Part shown: in pieces, positions 50,807 through 60,982 of the stretch | Layout of the letters: each line of letters opens with the position of its first letter | Position numbering within the stretch: the first letter of the stretch is position 1 | Program-made: the position numbers and the translations under genes | NCBI GenBank assembly: GCA_963777605.1 | Contig: CAVZRV010000011.1 | Coordinates: forward strand, 416,001-480,000 | Origin: an uncultured Acidobacteriota bacterium | GTDB taxonomy: Bacteria > Acidobacteriota > UBA6911 > RPQK01 > JAPXNP01 | Length of the DNA stretch: 64,000 nucleotides | Reading direction: 5' to 3' | The notes under the pieces: model-generated | What the model was told of the DNA's origin: nothing | Databases searched by the model: none | The model's input: only the letters and a program-made list of their open reading frames with translations

Positions 50807-53800
50807 CGTCCCACACCCTCAAGGGCACTGCGGGCGCCGAGGTGGTCAGGGCTGACCTCCAACGTTGCCTGGAGTTCCTTCTTGGCCTGAGCAGCCTTCC
50901 CCAGCCCTCCCTGGCCGAGCGCAACGAGATAGTGAGCCAGGGCGATCTGGGAACGCCGATTCTGCTGTTCGCCAAACGAGGCAGAAGAAATCGATCTTCG
51001 ACTGCTCTCCTCGAAGCGCTTTCTCGCCCGAATCCACCAACTGCTTGAAGAGTGCTTGCGCTTCCTTTTTCTGGCCCAGTTGCTGAAGCGCCCGGGCTCG
51101 ATAGTAAAGCTGGACGGTCGATCCACTCGGCCCGGACGAGGAACCACCCCGCATCCGCCGGGGAAGTTCCCGGGTCGACACATCCTGCCAGAGTTCCCGG
51201 GCCTTTCCTTGGTTGCCCAACGCGTCGTAGGCCATCGCCTCCCAATACGAGGTCTCCATCTCGTGGACTCCCCCGCCGCGAGTCTCGGAAGGGAGATTCT
51301 CGGGGATGGTCGCCGCGGCCTGGAAGTCCTCCAGCGCCGCCTGGGCCTGTCCCGCCTCCAGCCGCTGCCGTCCCCGGAGCAGGTGGGCGTCAACCCAGAA
51401 TTGAGCCACGCTCAGGCTGCCGCCTTCCCAGACTTCAAACTCCCGGCCCGTCATCAACTGGATGGCTTCGTCATATTTACCCATCACCACTTTGAGAGCG
51501 ATTTCCCTCGACAATGCGTCATCCCGAAGCTGAACCGTGTTCTGGTTCTTTTCGAGCAGGGCGAGACGCTTTTCGGGATCGACACCGGCGGCTTCGTACA
51601 ACTGGTCCAGCTCGTAAAAATGGATTGAATAGGGGTTGGGGAGCGAGACTGCTTTCTCCAGTTCGGCGATGGCCTTCTCCAGCGAGTTGCCGGTCGCCTG
51701 GTGGGAGTAGGCGATCGCCAGGTTTCGGTGGACGATCGGGAAGTTCGGATCGAGTTCGGAGGAGTGCGTCCACAGCCTGACGGCTTCCTGGGGCTGCCAG
51801 TCGAAGAGGAGGTTACCCAGGTAGTAAGGAGCCCGGGCATCCTCCGGAGCCTCTTTCATGGCCGCCTCCAAAACCGGAATCGCCTCCCACTCGAACGGGA
51901 AGACGTAGTCGGGAGAGCCGGCGGCCGCGGCCTTCAACTGCTGGGCAGCCGCAGCGTCTTTGCCCTGTCGTTTCTCGAAGTACGCCATGTAGTAATGCAC
52001 CATCGGCGAGGAGTCAGGATTGTGCCGGATCAGTTCCCCGAGGACCTCGGCCCCATCGTCCCAGAGTCCAGACCGGAGCATCTCGGCCGCAGTCTGTTCA
52101 GCGGTAGCCGGGAACGCGCTCATGGTCCGTACCATTCGTGCCGCGGCCCCCTGGGATCCCGATGCCAGCCAGCGTTCCGCCATGGACCGAACGTCAAGCG
52201 GGTCAGTATTGTGGCCGGCCGTGTCGAGCAGTTCAAGGGCCTCCGCGTTCCGGCCCAGCTTACGCAGTACAGCCGCTTTCAGATTGATGGCACGAATATT
52301 GAGGCTGTTCGCCTGGAGGGAACGGTCGAGCAGATCGAGCGTTTCCAGCCAGCTTTCACGACCGGCGGAGATCTCCGCCAGTTCATAATATGCCGGGGCG
52401 CGCCAGGCGAAATTCCAGGTTGCCTTGTACAGCACGTCAAAGGCCTCGTCCAACCGTCCCTGAGCCTTCAGGGCCACGCCGAGATAGTAGGTCGCCTCGG
52501 CATCCTTGGGCGTGGCATAACGCTCGTTCAGCCGCACCATGGCCTGTCGAAGGTATTTCTCCGCTTCGACAAAGCGCGCTTTCTTCAGGCGGTTGATTCC
52601 AAACGCCGTGTTGACCCGGACGTCGAGGGGATCGCGCCGGAGCGCTTCTTCCCAGTAGGGGTCCGGTTCCAGGGAGGCATTGTGGAACTGTTCGATCCAG
52701 AGGCCGGTCAGGTAGAGTTCCTCATTGGTCTTGATCTCGCTGGGAGCCGGCGGGTCTTTGACCGGTTCCGGCATCGGCTTCTTGTCGAGACGGATCGGGG
52801 TGTAGCCGACCAATTCGCGGCCGTCGTAGACGAGTGCAGCCCGCAGGTCATGCGGATCGGCACCGGCTGGAAGCGTGACCTTGCCGGTGTAGGGATGGGC
52901 CGGGTCGATCGCCACCGTCTCCTCGTGAAGCACCTGGTCACCCAGAGTCACTTTCACCACGGCGTTCGGGAAAACGGCGGTCGCATAGAACCCGACGTCG
53001 GCAACATTGTCGTCGCCGATTTCCAGGTTGACCGCGGCATCCAGATTGGCGTTCTTGGCCCCACCGATGTTACGGAACGGATACCAGTACATGCTGAAAG
53101 ACTTCACCTCGTAGGGCTGCAGCCAGCTGTAGTCGGGCTGGTTGTCCGAATAGGCTCCCACCATCAGCTCAATGTAGGGTCCGTCGCTGTCGGTCAGAAT
53201 CTTGTCCCACATCCGGCCGCGCGGTCCGTTCCCCCACGTCCAGAGCTTCTTTCCCGGAACGACGTGGTGGTTGGCCACGCTCATGGTTCCGGCTTCAGCG
53301 CCGTGGTCGTAGCCGGCCAGGAAGTCGTCCTGGTAGTTCCAGGCAAACATGGAGTTGGCGGAGATGTGGTTCTTCATCAAGCTCGCATCGGTGCCTTCTC
53401 CAAAGTCCCATCCCCCGTACTGGCCGGTAGCGATCGGCCAGGTGGTGAACTGCCGCTTGTGGTGATGGGTCACGTACTGGGTGCTGGGCGGGAAGATGAC
53501 CTGGTAATTCTCGTTGGTGTGCACGGCCACGTTGGCAAAACAGAGCATCGTGTTCACCACCGGAGTCCGGTTGACGATCCGCAGCGAGACTTCAAGGTAG
53601 GAACGGCCGGGCCGAAGAGTGTATCCCACTGCCCAACGCATCCGCTGGCGAACTTCCAGCTCGCCCACCCAGACCGTCTTTCCGCCGTCCTCGTGTTCCT
53701 CGATCCGATACTGCACAGGGATAAAGGTCGTCGCCCGGTGGTGGTGAGGGATGTTCCACTCGACGCCACCTGAGATCCAGGCCCCGATCAACCCGATCAG

Positions 53801-54196
53801 GGCAGGCTTGATCACGTGCTGGCGATAGAAGAAGTGGTAGCCGTTGGTCTTGTCCAGGCCTTCGAAAATGCGCCCGCCGATCTCGGGCAGTACGCCGATT
53901 CGAATGTACTCGTTCTCAAGGTAGACGAGGCGATAAGTCTTGTCGACTTTCTTCCCGGTCAAGGTGTCGTAGAGCGGGTATGGATAGACTCGTCCTTCCG
54001 CCCCCTGGGAGACTCTCCCGAAGTAGAACATGGGATTCTTCTCGGGTTCGCCCGCAAGGTAAGTCGGGATCACCGTAGGCTCTTCCCAAACTCGGACTTC
54101 CATATCCGGGCTTGCCGCAGGAGCGCCCAGGAGGACGGGCCACGCGAGACCCGTAATAACGATTACAAGCAAAGCTGAGGAGACACGGAATTTCAT
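50803..54196 (-). CDS. Exported DUF5107 + TPR-repeat protein; one-base frameshift at ~50984
   Basis: IPTY, YPYP, LENEY, LPE.GGRI, IKPALIGL.GAWISGG.E.N.P.HHR, PGKK.WTWG, GPYIELM.G.Y.DNQPD; removing one T restores IDFFASFGEQQ and the C-terminal TPR of ORF 50803..51393. Confidence 0.8.
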
Positions 54197-54346
54197 ATTG
54201 GACCTCACATGTCAGAGCACACCGATGCCCCGGACGACCAACGCCGGAATCCGCAAGGCGAGCAAATCTTCCATCGGTTTATCCAGAATACTACGCATTG
54301 TTGAAGAATCACCAACAGTCTCTGGCGATTCTGGAGGTATGCAGTA

Positions 54347-54724
54347 TCAGTCCGACTCAGTGCCCGAATCATCCAGGAGGCTAACGATTCCTTCCAGTTC
54401 TCGCTTGATTTCCTGGAGCGCCCGCCGCTGGTTGGCCTGGAAAGCCCCTTGAAACAGGGGCAAATCCGCCTTTCCTCCGCTGCCCTCCTCTTGCAGGCGC
54501 TGGTTGGCCCCCGCGATGGTATATCCCGCTTCGTACAGGAGCCCCTTGATCGATTCGATTAACTCCAGGTCCGACCGGCGGTAGATCCGCTGGCCGGCCC
54601 GATTCTTGACCGGTTTGAGGCGGGAAAAGACGGTCTCCCAGTAACGCAGGACGTGGGGCTCAATCTGGCAGATTTTGCAGACCTCGCCGATTTTGTAGAA
54701 CAGCTTCTGACGCGATCTCGCCAT
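54347..54724 (-). CDS. MerR-family transcriptional regulator
   Basis: KLFYKIGEV..., [12 protein letters not shown]...GQR.Y; downstream of the IHF gene (common synteny). Confidence 0.9.
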   Translation of the reverse strand: MARSRQKLFYKIGEVCKICQIEPHVLRYWETVFSRLKPVKNRAGQRIYRRSDLELIESIKGLLYEAGYTIAGANQRLQEEGSGGKADLPLFQGAFQANQRRALQEIKRELEGIVSLLDDSGTESD

Positions 54725-54728
54725 CGCT

Positions 54729-54995
54729 TTACAGGTCAACCAGGCGTGACGGTTTAAAGGTCACATAGCGGCTGGCAGGCAGGAGAATACGGTCCCCCGT
54801 CTGGGGGTTGCGGCCGTAGCGGGCCTTTCTCTCAATAACACAGAAGGTGCCGAAGCCGGTCAGTTTGACTTTCTCCTGTCGGCCGAGGCTTTCTTTGATC
54901 GTTCCAAGCACAGTATCCACCATCTCCAGGGCTTCGCCGTACGAGATTCCACCGTGCGTTTCGTGTACTAACTGAGCCAGATCTGCCTTTATCAT
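54729..54995 (-). CDS. ihfA: HU/IHF-family DNA-binding protein (probably IHF alpha)
   Basis: [29 protein letters not shown]; adjacent to the MerR gene. Confidence 0.75.
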   Translation of the reverse strand: MIKADLAQLVHETHGGISYGEALEMVDTVLGTIKESLGRQEKVKLTGFGTFCVIERKARYGRNPQTGDRILLPASRYVTFKPSRLVDL

Positions 54996-55063
54996 CGCCC
55001 GGGCCCTTCTTCCAAGGTGGGGCCATCATATGAACGGTCCGGGGGGGTGTCAAGTAGTGGAGC

Positions 55064-56383
55064 TCAACGTTTTCGCTGCTTCCTTCGCCCGGTTTTCTGG
55101 ATCAACCGAATCGGGGTGGCGAAGAAGCCGTATCGGCTCCGCAGCCGGTTGATCAGAAAGCGCAGGGTCGAAAAGTGAAGTTTGTCCCCGCCCCGCAGAA
55201 AGAGAACGAACGTGGGAGGCGCACTGCTGATCTGACAGGCATATTTGAGAGGAAACTTCTGGGACGAGTCGCGGGCAAGCATCGGGGCGACTTCTCTTTG
55301 CATGAAGCTGTTCAGGTCTCCGGTCGGGACCCGGGTTCGGCTGCTCTCGTATGCGGACCGTGCCACTTCGAGAATCTTCGATACCCGTTGGGCGGTCTTG
55401 GCAGACACGAACAGCATCGGGGCGTAGTCAAGGAAACGCATGCGAAGACGGTATTCCTTCTCCATCTCCACGATCGTGTGCGAGTCCTTGGCGACCAGGT
55501 CCCACTTGTTCACGAGGATCACCACCGGGCGCCCGGCATCGTGAGCGTACCCTCCAATGTTCGCGTCCAGCTTGGTCGCCCCTTCCGAAGCGTCGATTAC
55601 GAGCAGAACCACGTCCGCCAGTTCGATGTTCTTGCGTGCCATCACGACGCTGAGTTTCTCGGCCATCAACTCGGTCTTGCCTTTGCGGCGAATTCCGGCC
55701 GTATCCACGACCCGAAAAGGGGTGCCGTGGTAAGTCAGCAGGGAGTCAACCGCGTCGCGAGTGGTCCCGGGAACGTCGGTCACGATCACCCGCTCTTCAC
55801 CCAGGAGGGCGTTGACCAGGGAAGATTTGCCCACATTTGGGCGACCTATGATGGCGACCTTCACTTCTCCGGCCGGAGATGCCGCTCCTCCCGCGGGAAT
55901 GCGCTCGACAAGGCCGCTGATCAGATCGTCGATTCCGATGTTGTGCTCCGCCGACAAGGCCAGAATAACCGGGCTGCCCAACTCGGCGAACTGATAAGCA
56001 TCGTTTTCAAGCGCTTCCACGTCAACCTTGTTGGCAATTACCCAGAATTCCTTCCCCCGGGATTGAAGGAATGCGGCCACGTCCCGATCGAGCGGAGTGA
56101 GGCCGGCCCGGGCATCGACGACGAGGAGAATCAGGTCGGCAGCCGTAATCGCCATCTCCGCCTGCTCCAGCACCTTCTCCGGCATCTGCTCCTTGCCGTC
56201 CGGGACGATTCCGCCGGTATCGACCAACTCGAACTGCCGGTCTTCCAGAGAAACGACCTGGAAAATCCGGTCACGGGTGATCCCCGGCTCGTCACCGACC
56301 AAGGCTCGGCGGGTGCGAGACAAGCGATTGAACAATGTAGACTTGCCCACATTGGGCCGGCCAACAATGGCGACGCGATACAT
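55064..56383 (-). CDS. der: Ribosome biogenesis GTPase Der (EngA)
   Basis: Two GRPNVGKS P-loops, DTGG / DTAG, NKVD / NKWD, C-terminal KH-like PPTF domain. Confidence 0.96.
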   Translation of the reverse strand: MYRVAIVGRPNVGKSTLFNRLSRTRRALVGDEPGITRDRIFQVVSLEDRQFELVDTGGIVPDGKEQMPEKVLEQAEMAITAADLILLVVDARAGLTPLDRDVAAFLQSRGKEFWVIANKVDVEALENDAYQFAELGSPVILALSAEHNIGIDDLISGLVERIPAGGAASPAGEVKVAIIGRPNVGKSSLVNALLGEERVIVTDVPGTTRDAVDSLLTYHGTPFRVVDTAGIRRKGKTELMAEKLSVVMARKNIELADVVLLVIDASEGATKLDANIGGYAHDAGRPVVILVNKWDLVAKDSHTIVEMEKEYRLRMRFLDYAPMLFVSAKTAQRVSKILEVARSAYESSRTRVPTGDLNSFMQREVAPMLARDSSQKFPLKYACQISSAPPTFVLFLRGGDKLHFSTLRFLINRLRSRYGFFATPIRLIQKTGRRKQRKR

Positions 56384-56571
56384 AACGGCCGTCATCATAG
56401 CAGAGTGAGCGTAGGACAAGCTTCGAGCTTGTCTCCGTGACCGCAGCCGCCAACCGGAGACCGGGGGAAGAATCGGGAATCGAGAAGCGAGTATCGAGAA
56501 TGGTTGTTGAATGACGAAAATCGGGCACTTCGAACGCCATCGCGGCTTATCTCGGTCAGGTGCAGTGTAAT

Positions 56572-56750
56572 CCAGGCAGCCGTGCCTGGTATGTCGCCCC
56601 GGCAGCTTGCCCGGCGGAAGCGAAGAGGGGTCAATCCAGAATTCTCGGTTTTCGGTTTAACCCGAAACAGCCCGCCACCGGAATTGAATCGCACTTTCAG
56701 TGCTGCATTGCCACCTCGACACCCATTCCCGGGGCGTTGCCGCCGGGCTG
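56572..56750. repeat. Degenerate REP-like palindrome cluster
   Basis: CCAGGCAGCCGTGCCTGG, TTTCGGTTTAACCCGAAA, GCACTTTCAGTGC, CCCGGGGCGTTGCCGCCGGGCT in the der-ypdA gap. Confidence 0.5.
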
Positions 56751-56868
56751 GAAATGATCCTGCGCGGTGGCGCGGTGGCCTGGCGTTGGCCCCAGAGTTT
56801 GACACCTTTGAATAGTCTCCGCGTAGCGAAGGGGCGGGGCTAATCTCACAACCGCCGGGTCGGAGGTC

Positions 56869-57849
56869 CTACTTTGACTTGACTATGTGTGGAATGATCT
56901 GCTCGCCGTGGAAGCGTCCGTTCTCGATGAAGATCCGGTTCGTCAAACGCCCCGACCCGACCGATCCGGCGACATAGATCCCTGGAACGTTGGTTTCGAG
57001 GGTTTCGGGATCGTGCACCGGGATGTAAGTATCCGGATCAAACTGGACACCGGCCTCCCTGAGCAAGGCAGGGTCGGGATGATAGCCGGTCAGTGCAAAG
57101 ATGAAGTCGGCCTCGACGACCTTCTCACCCCGGGGGGTCTGCACCGTGACGGATTCGGGCCCAATCTCCTTGACGGTTGTGCTGAAGAGGCCCTGGATTT
57201 CACCGTTCTTGATCCGGTTGTCCAAGTCGGGTCGGATCCAGTACTTCACTTCGCGACCCACCCGGTGACCCCGGTGGATCAGCGTGACATCGGCACCGTT
57301 TCGGAAAAGCTCGAGCGCGGCGATCGCTGCGGAGTTCTTACCCCCGACTATCACCACTTTCTTGCGAAAATAGGGATGGGGATCGGAGTAATAGTGGCTG
57401 ACATGCGGGAGGTCCTCTCCGGGAACCCCGAGCAGGTTTGGGTTGTCGTAGTATCCGGTCGCAACCACGATCTTCCGGCACGGAAATGAATGACGGAGAC
57501 CGAAGGAAGCTTCGGTCGTGACGACAAAGTCGCCGTCGCTCCCATCGATCGCAACCACCTTCTCCTGGTCGCGTACATCGAGCCCGTAGTGCTGGGCCAC
57601 GCGCCGGTAGTACTTGAGGGCATCCAGGCGCTTCGGCTTCTCGGACGACGAGGTCATGGGAACGTCACCGATCTCCAGCAGTTCGGCCGTCGTGAAGAAA
57701 GTCATGTTCTCTGGATAGTGGTAGATGGAATTGACGATACAGCCCTTTTCCAGGACGCAGCAGCCCAGTCCGGCCTTAACGGCGTAGATCGCGCAGGCCA
57801 ACCCTGCGGGTCCCGCGCCGACTACAACGATGTCCCGCTTTTCATCCAT
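56869..57849 (-). CDS. ypdA: YpdA-family FAD-dependent (putative bacillithiol disulfide) reductase
   Basis: GAGPAG, EKG.IVNSIY.YP..M.FF.T...LEIG, ATGYYD.PN.L..PGE, GGKNSA, KYWI.PD..NRI..G.I, FIENGRFH. Confidence 0.85.
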   Translation of the reverse strand: MDEKRDIVVVGAGPAGLACAIYAVKAGLGCCVLEKGCIVNSIYHYPENMTFFTTAELLEIGDVPMTSSSEKPKRLDALKYYRRVAQHYGLDVRDQEKVVAIDGSDGDFVVTTEASFGLRHSFPCRKIVVATGYYDNPNLLGVPGEDLPHVSHYYSDPHPYFRKKVVIVGGKNSAAIAALELFRNGADVTLIHRGHRVGREVKYWIRPDLDNRIKNGEIQGLFSTTVKEIGPESVTVQTPRGEKVVEADFIFALTGYHPDPALLREAGVQFDPDTYIPVHDPETLETNVPGIYVAGSVGSGRLTNRIFIENGRFHGEQIIPHIVKSK

Positions 57850-57879
57850 TTGACACCCACTTCCACCTTTCACTAGAAT
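57850..57879 (+). promoter_or_regulatory. Sigma70-type promoter for tRNA-Val
   Basis: TTGACA (57850-57855), 18 nt, TAGAAT (57874-57879), 13 nt upstream of the tRNA. Confidence 0.7.
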
Positions 57880-57892
57880 ACGTTCTCCTTGA

Positions 57893-57969
57893 GGGCGATT
57901 AGCTCAGCTGGTTAGAGCGCCGTCTTCACACGGCGGAGGTCACTGGTTCGAGTCCAGTATCGCCCACCA
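57893..57969 (+). tRNA. tRNA-Val (anticodon CAC)
   Basis: GGGCGAT/ATCGCCC acceptor stem, D arm AGCTCAGCTGGTTAGAGC, anticodon arm CCGTC-TTCACAC-GGCGG, T loop GGTTCGAGTCC, encoded CCA. Confidence 0.97.
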
Positions 57970-57971
57970 CC

Positions 57972-58029
57972 TCAAAGTGCGAAATACGAAATTCGAATTT
58001 TACTTCGCACTTCGCACTTCGCACTTTGA
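57972..58029. terminator. Hairpin built from heptamer repeats between the convergent tRNA and DUF2905 genes
   Basis: TCAAAGTGCGAA / TTCGCACTTTGA 12-bp perfect inverted repeat enclosing (ACTTCGC)n and its complement-like units. Confidence 0.5.
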
Positions 58030-58034
58030 AATGG

Positions 58035-58262
58035 CTATTTCCCCCCGGTAAGCCATCTGAACAGCCAGATCAGAAGGGTCAGCAACACCGACACCAGCAG
58101 GGATGTCACGACCGGGAAATAGAAGCGGCCACCTTTGAACTCAAAGGAAATATCGCCGGGCAACCGCCCCAATCGCAACCCCGGAAACCAGACCAGCACC
58201 GCGCCCACAGCGGCAATGACCAGGCCCACGACAATCAGAAGTTTGCCGATCTCGGAAATCAT
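58035..58262 (-). CDS. DUF2905 small membrane protein
   Basis: GK.LI..G..I...G, LGRLPGDI, FYFP..TS...S..LT. Confidence 0.88.
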   Translation of the reverse strand: MISEIGKLLIVVGLVIAAVGAVLVWFPGLRLGRLPGDISFEFKGGRFYFPVVTSLLVSVLLTLLIWLFRWLTGGK

Positions 58263-58297
58263 GCCTGCTGCCGCCGGTCCCGAGATACGGGACCCAC

Positions 58298-58714
58298 TTA
58301 ACCGACCTGGTCTAGTTCGCTGAAGAAATAGCCGATCTCAAACCGGGCCGTGTCAGGACCGTCACTGCCGTGAACGGAATTCCGCTCCAGGCTCTCCGCG
58401 AAAGTTTTGCGAATCGTGCCTTCATCCGCCTTGGCCGGGTCGGTCGCGCCCATGATCTTGCGCCACCGCGTAATGGCGTCCTCGGCTTCGAACACCAGGA
58501 GAACGATCGGACCTTCCGACATGAACCGGGTCAGGCTGTCAAAGAAGGGACGGTCCTTGTGAACGTAGTAAAAGCCTTTGGCCTCTTCCATGGTCAAACG
58601 GGCCAACCGCATCGCCTTGATTTTCAACCCGGCCGACTCCGCCTTTTCCAGAATCGCTCCAATCAGATTCCGCTGAACCGCGTCCGGCTTGATGATACCC
58701 AGTGTTCGCTCCAT
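58298..58714 (-). CDS. ndk: Nucleoside-diphosphate kinase
   Basis: ERTLGIIKPDAV, FY.VH..RPFF, GAT.P..A..GTIR, N.VHGSD. Confidence 0.97.
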   Translation of the reverse strand: MERTLGIIKPDAVQRNLIGAILEKAESAGLKIKAMRLARLTMEEAKGFYYVHKDRPFFDSLTRFMSEGPIVLLVFEAEDAITRWRKIMGATDPAKADEGTIRKTFAESLERNSVHGSDGPDTARFEIGYFFSELDQVG

Positions 58715-58721
58715 CGATTCC

Positions 58722-59591
58722 TCACTTAATCATAGACTCAACTGCGGCACCGATGTCCGCAGGGCTTTGGACAACGTTTATCCCGCACTCCCGCATCGTC
58801 GAGATCTTCTCGGCGGCGGTTCCCTTCCCTTGGGAAATGATCGCGCCCGCATGTCCCATGCGGCGTCCCGGAGGTGCCGTCTGCCCGGCGATAAAGCCGA
58901 CCACCGGCTTCCTGAAATTCTGCTGAATGAAGTGAGCGGCCTCTTCCTCGGCGGATCCGCCGATCTCTCCGATCATGACGACCGCTTCGGTTTCGTCGTC
59001 CTCGGCAAATGCTTTCAGTGCATCGATAAAGCCGGTGCCGATAATCGGGTCACCGCCAATACCAATGCAGGTGCTCTGGCCGATCCCGCGGGAACTCAAC
59101 TGGCCCACGGCTTCGTACGTGAGGGTTCCACTTCGAGAGATGACGCCGACGCCGCCTTCTTTGTGAATGTGCCCGGGCATGATCCCGATCTTGCACTTCC
59201 CGGGAGAGATGATTCCCGGACAGTTCGGTCCGATCAGGCGAGTCGGAGAGTCCTTCAGAACACTCCAAACCTTGACCATATCCATCACCGGGATACCCTC
59301 GGTGATACAGACCACGAGCTTGACCCCGGCATCAACGGCTTCCAGCACTGCGTCAGCAGCAAACGGAGGCGGAACAAAAATCACGCTGGCGTCGGCGCCT
59401 TCTTTTTGAACGGCGGCGCCCACCGTGTTGTAGACCGGAACACCCTCGTGTTCCGTCCCGCCTTTTCCCGGGGTTACTCCTGCTACGATCTCCGTCCCAT
59501 ATTCCCTGCAAAGCCTGGCGTGAAAGCTGCCCTCACGGCCGGTCAGCCCCTGCACCACCAGACGAGTTTCCTTGTTCACCCATATAGCCAT
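58722..59591 (-). CDS. sucD: Succinyl-CoA ligase alpha subunit
   Basis: [48 protein letters not shown]. Confidence 0.97.
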   Translation of the reverse strand: MAIWVNKETRLVVQGLTGREGSFHARLCREYGTEIVAGVTPGKGGTEHEGVPVYNTVGAAVQKEGADASVIFVPPPFAADAVLEAVDAGVKLVVCITEGIPVMDMVKVWSVLKDSPTRLIGPNCPGIISPGKCKIGIMPGHIHKEGGVGVISRSGTLTYEAVGQLSSRGIGQSTCIGIGGDPIIGTGFIDALKAFAEDDETEAVVMIGEIGGSAEEEAAHFIQQNFRKPVVGFIAGQTAPPGRRMGHAGAIISQGKGTAAEKISTMRECGINVVQSPADIGAAVESMIK

Positions 59592-59604
59592 GGCGGTAAA
59601 TCCT

Positions 59605-60759
59605 CTAGTTTGCCGCGGCTGCAGCAACTACCTTTTGAGCAGCGTCGGCCATGCCGCCCGCCACGATGAAGTTAAGACTGGCCTGGTTCAGGATCTCCCG
59701 GCCCCGCTCCACGTTGGTGCCCTCCAGCCGGACTACCACCGGGAAGGTCGCCCCCACTTCCTTGACCGCCTCGACCACTCCTTCGGCGACCGTGTCACAA
59801 CGCATGATGCCACCGAAGATGTTGATCAGGACGGCCTTCACACTGGGGTCCGAGATCAGGATCTTGAACGCACTGGAAACCTGTTCTGCGCTGGCGCCGC
59901 CACCGACGTCCAGGAAGTTAGCCGGGCTTCCCCCGGCCAGCTTGATAATGTCCATCGTGGCCATCGCCAGCCCGGCACCGTTGACCATACAGCCCACGGC
60001 CCCGTCCAGCTTGATGTAGTTAAGTCCCGAACGGGAAGCCTCGATCTCAAGGGGATCCTCTTCGTTAAAATCCCGCATTTCCACAACGTCGGGATGGCGA
60101 AAAAGTGCGTTGTCGTCGAAGTTGATCTTGGCATCCAGCGCGACGAGCTGTCCCTCGGCCGTTTCCACGAGGGGGTTGATTTCTGCCAGCGAACAATCCA
60201 GTTCCAGGAACGCCCGGAAAAGCGACTTCAAGAACGGAGCCACCGCCCTCGGGTTGAGCCCCAGGCTGAAAGCCAGCTTGCGAATCTGGTAGTCACTCAG
60301 ACCCAATCCCGGGTGAACATGCTCCTTCAGAATCTTCTCGGGAGACCGCCGGGCAACTTCCTCGATCTCGACACCGCCCTCACTGCTCGCCATCACGACA
60401 GGCTTTCCCTGGGCCCGGTCGAGAATGATCCCGAGATAGAACTCCCGCTTGATGTTGAGCCCGTTCTCCACCAGCAGTACCCGAACCTTGCGGCCTTCCG
60501 GGCCTGTCTGATGGGTAACCAACTGCATTCCCAGCATGGCCTCGGCGAATTCCTCCGCCTGCTTCGGGGTCTTGGCGATCTTGACTCCGCCACCTTTGCC
60601 TCGACCGCCGGCGTGGATCTGCGCCTTTACTGCCACGACACCGCCGAATCGCCGGGCGACTTCGTAGGCTTCAGGTCCACTGCGAACAACACGGCCCTCG
60701 GGTACGGGAACACCAAAGCGGGCCAACAGTTGCTTAGCCTGAAATTCATGGATCTTCAT
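59605..60759 (-). CDS. sucC: Succinyl-CoA ligase beta subunit
   Basis: [59 protein letters not shown]. Confidence 0.97.
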   Translation of the reverse strand: MKIHEFQAKQLLARFGVPVPEGRVVRSGPEAYEVARRFGGVVAVKAQIHAGGRGKGGGVKIAKTPKQAEEFAEAMLGMQLVTHQTGPEGRKVRVLLVENGLNIKREFYLGIILDRAQGKPVVMASSEGGVEIEEVARRSPEKILKEHVHPGLGLSDYQIRKLAFSLGLNPRAVAPFLKSLFRAFLELDCSLAEINPLVETAEGQLVALDAKINFDDNALFRHPDVVEMRDFNEEDPLEIEASRSGLNYIKLDGAVGCMVNGAGLAMATMDIIKLAGGSPANFLDVGGGASAEQVSSAFKILISDPSVKAVLINIFGGIMRCDTVAEGVVEAVKEVGATFPVVVRLEGTNVERGREILNQASLNFIVAGGMADAAQKVVAAAAAN

Positions 60760-60982
60760 GAACGCAGAACATAATCATTCTTGTGGGGTCAGTTCAAGTC
60801 CGGTTGAGGAGACCGATCTGACCTGCCCTCAGAGCGTTCCGGCACCATCGAATCCCTGGCTTTGGCTCACGGGTCGGAAGCGCCGGACAGGTCCGAGAGA
60901 TCAGACAACTCGGAACCCAGTTTTCACAACAGTCTCTGAAACCAATGCCGGCATCGGCTAGACTGTCTGGCATTTGAAGTCC

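Noticed and set aside
51701-53773. Long 690-aa plus-strand ORF (and similar long antisense ORFs, e.g. 55175..56440, 59572..60774, 44361..45557)
   Set aside because: They lie antisense to well-recognised genes and have no motifs; expected shadows in high-GC codon-biased DNA.
57893-58300. tRNA-Val as an integration site for an island or prophage
   Set aside because: No integrase, no duplicated tRNA 3' end seen, and housekeeping genes on both sides.
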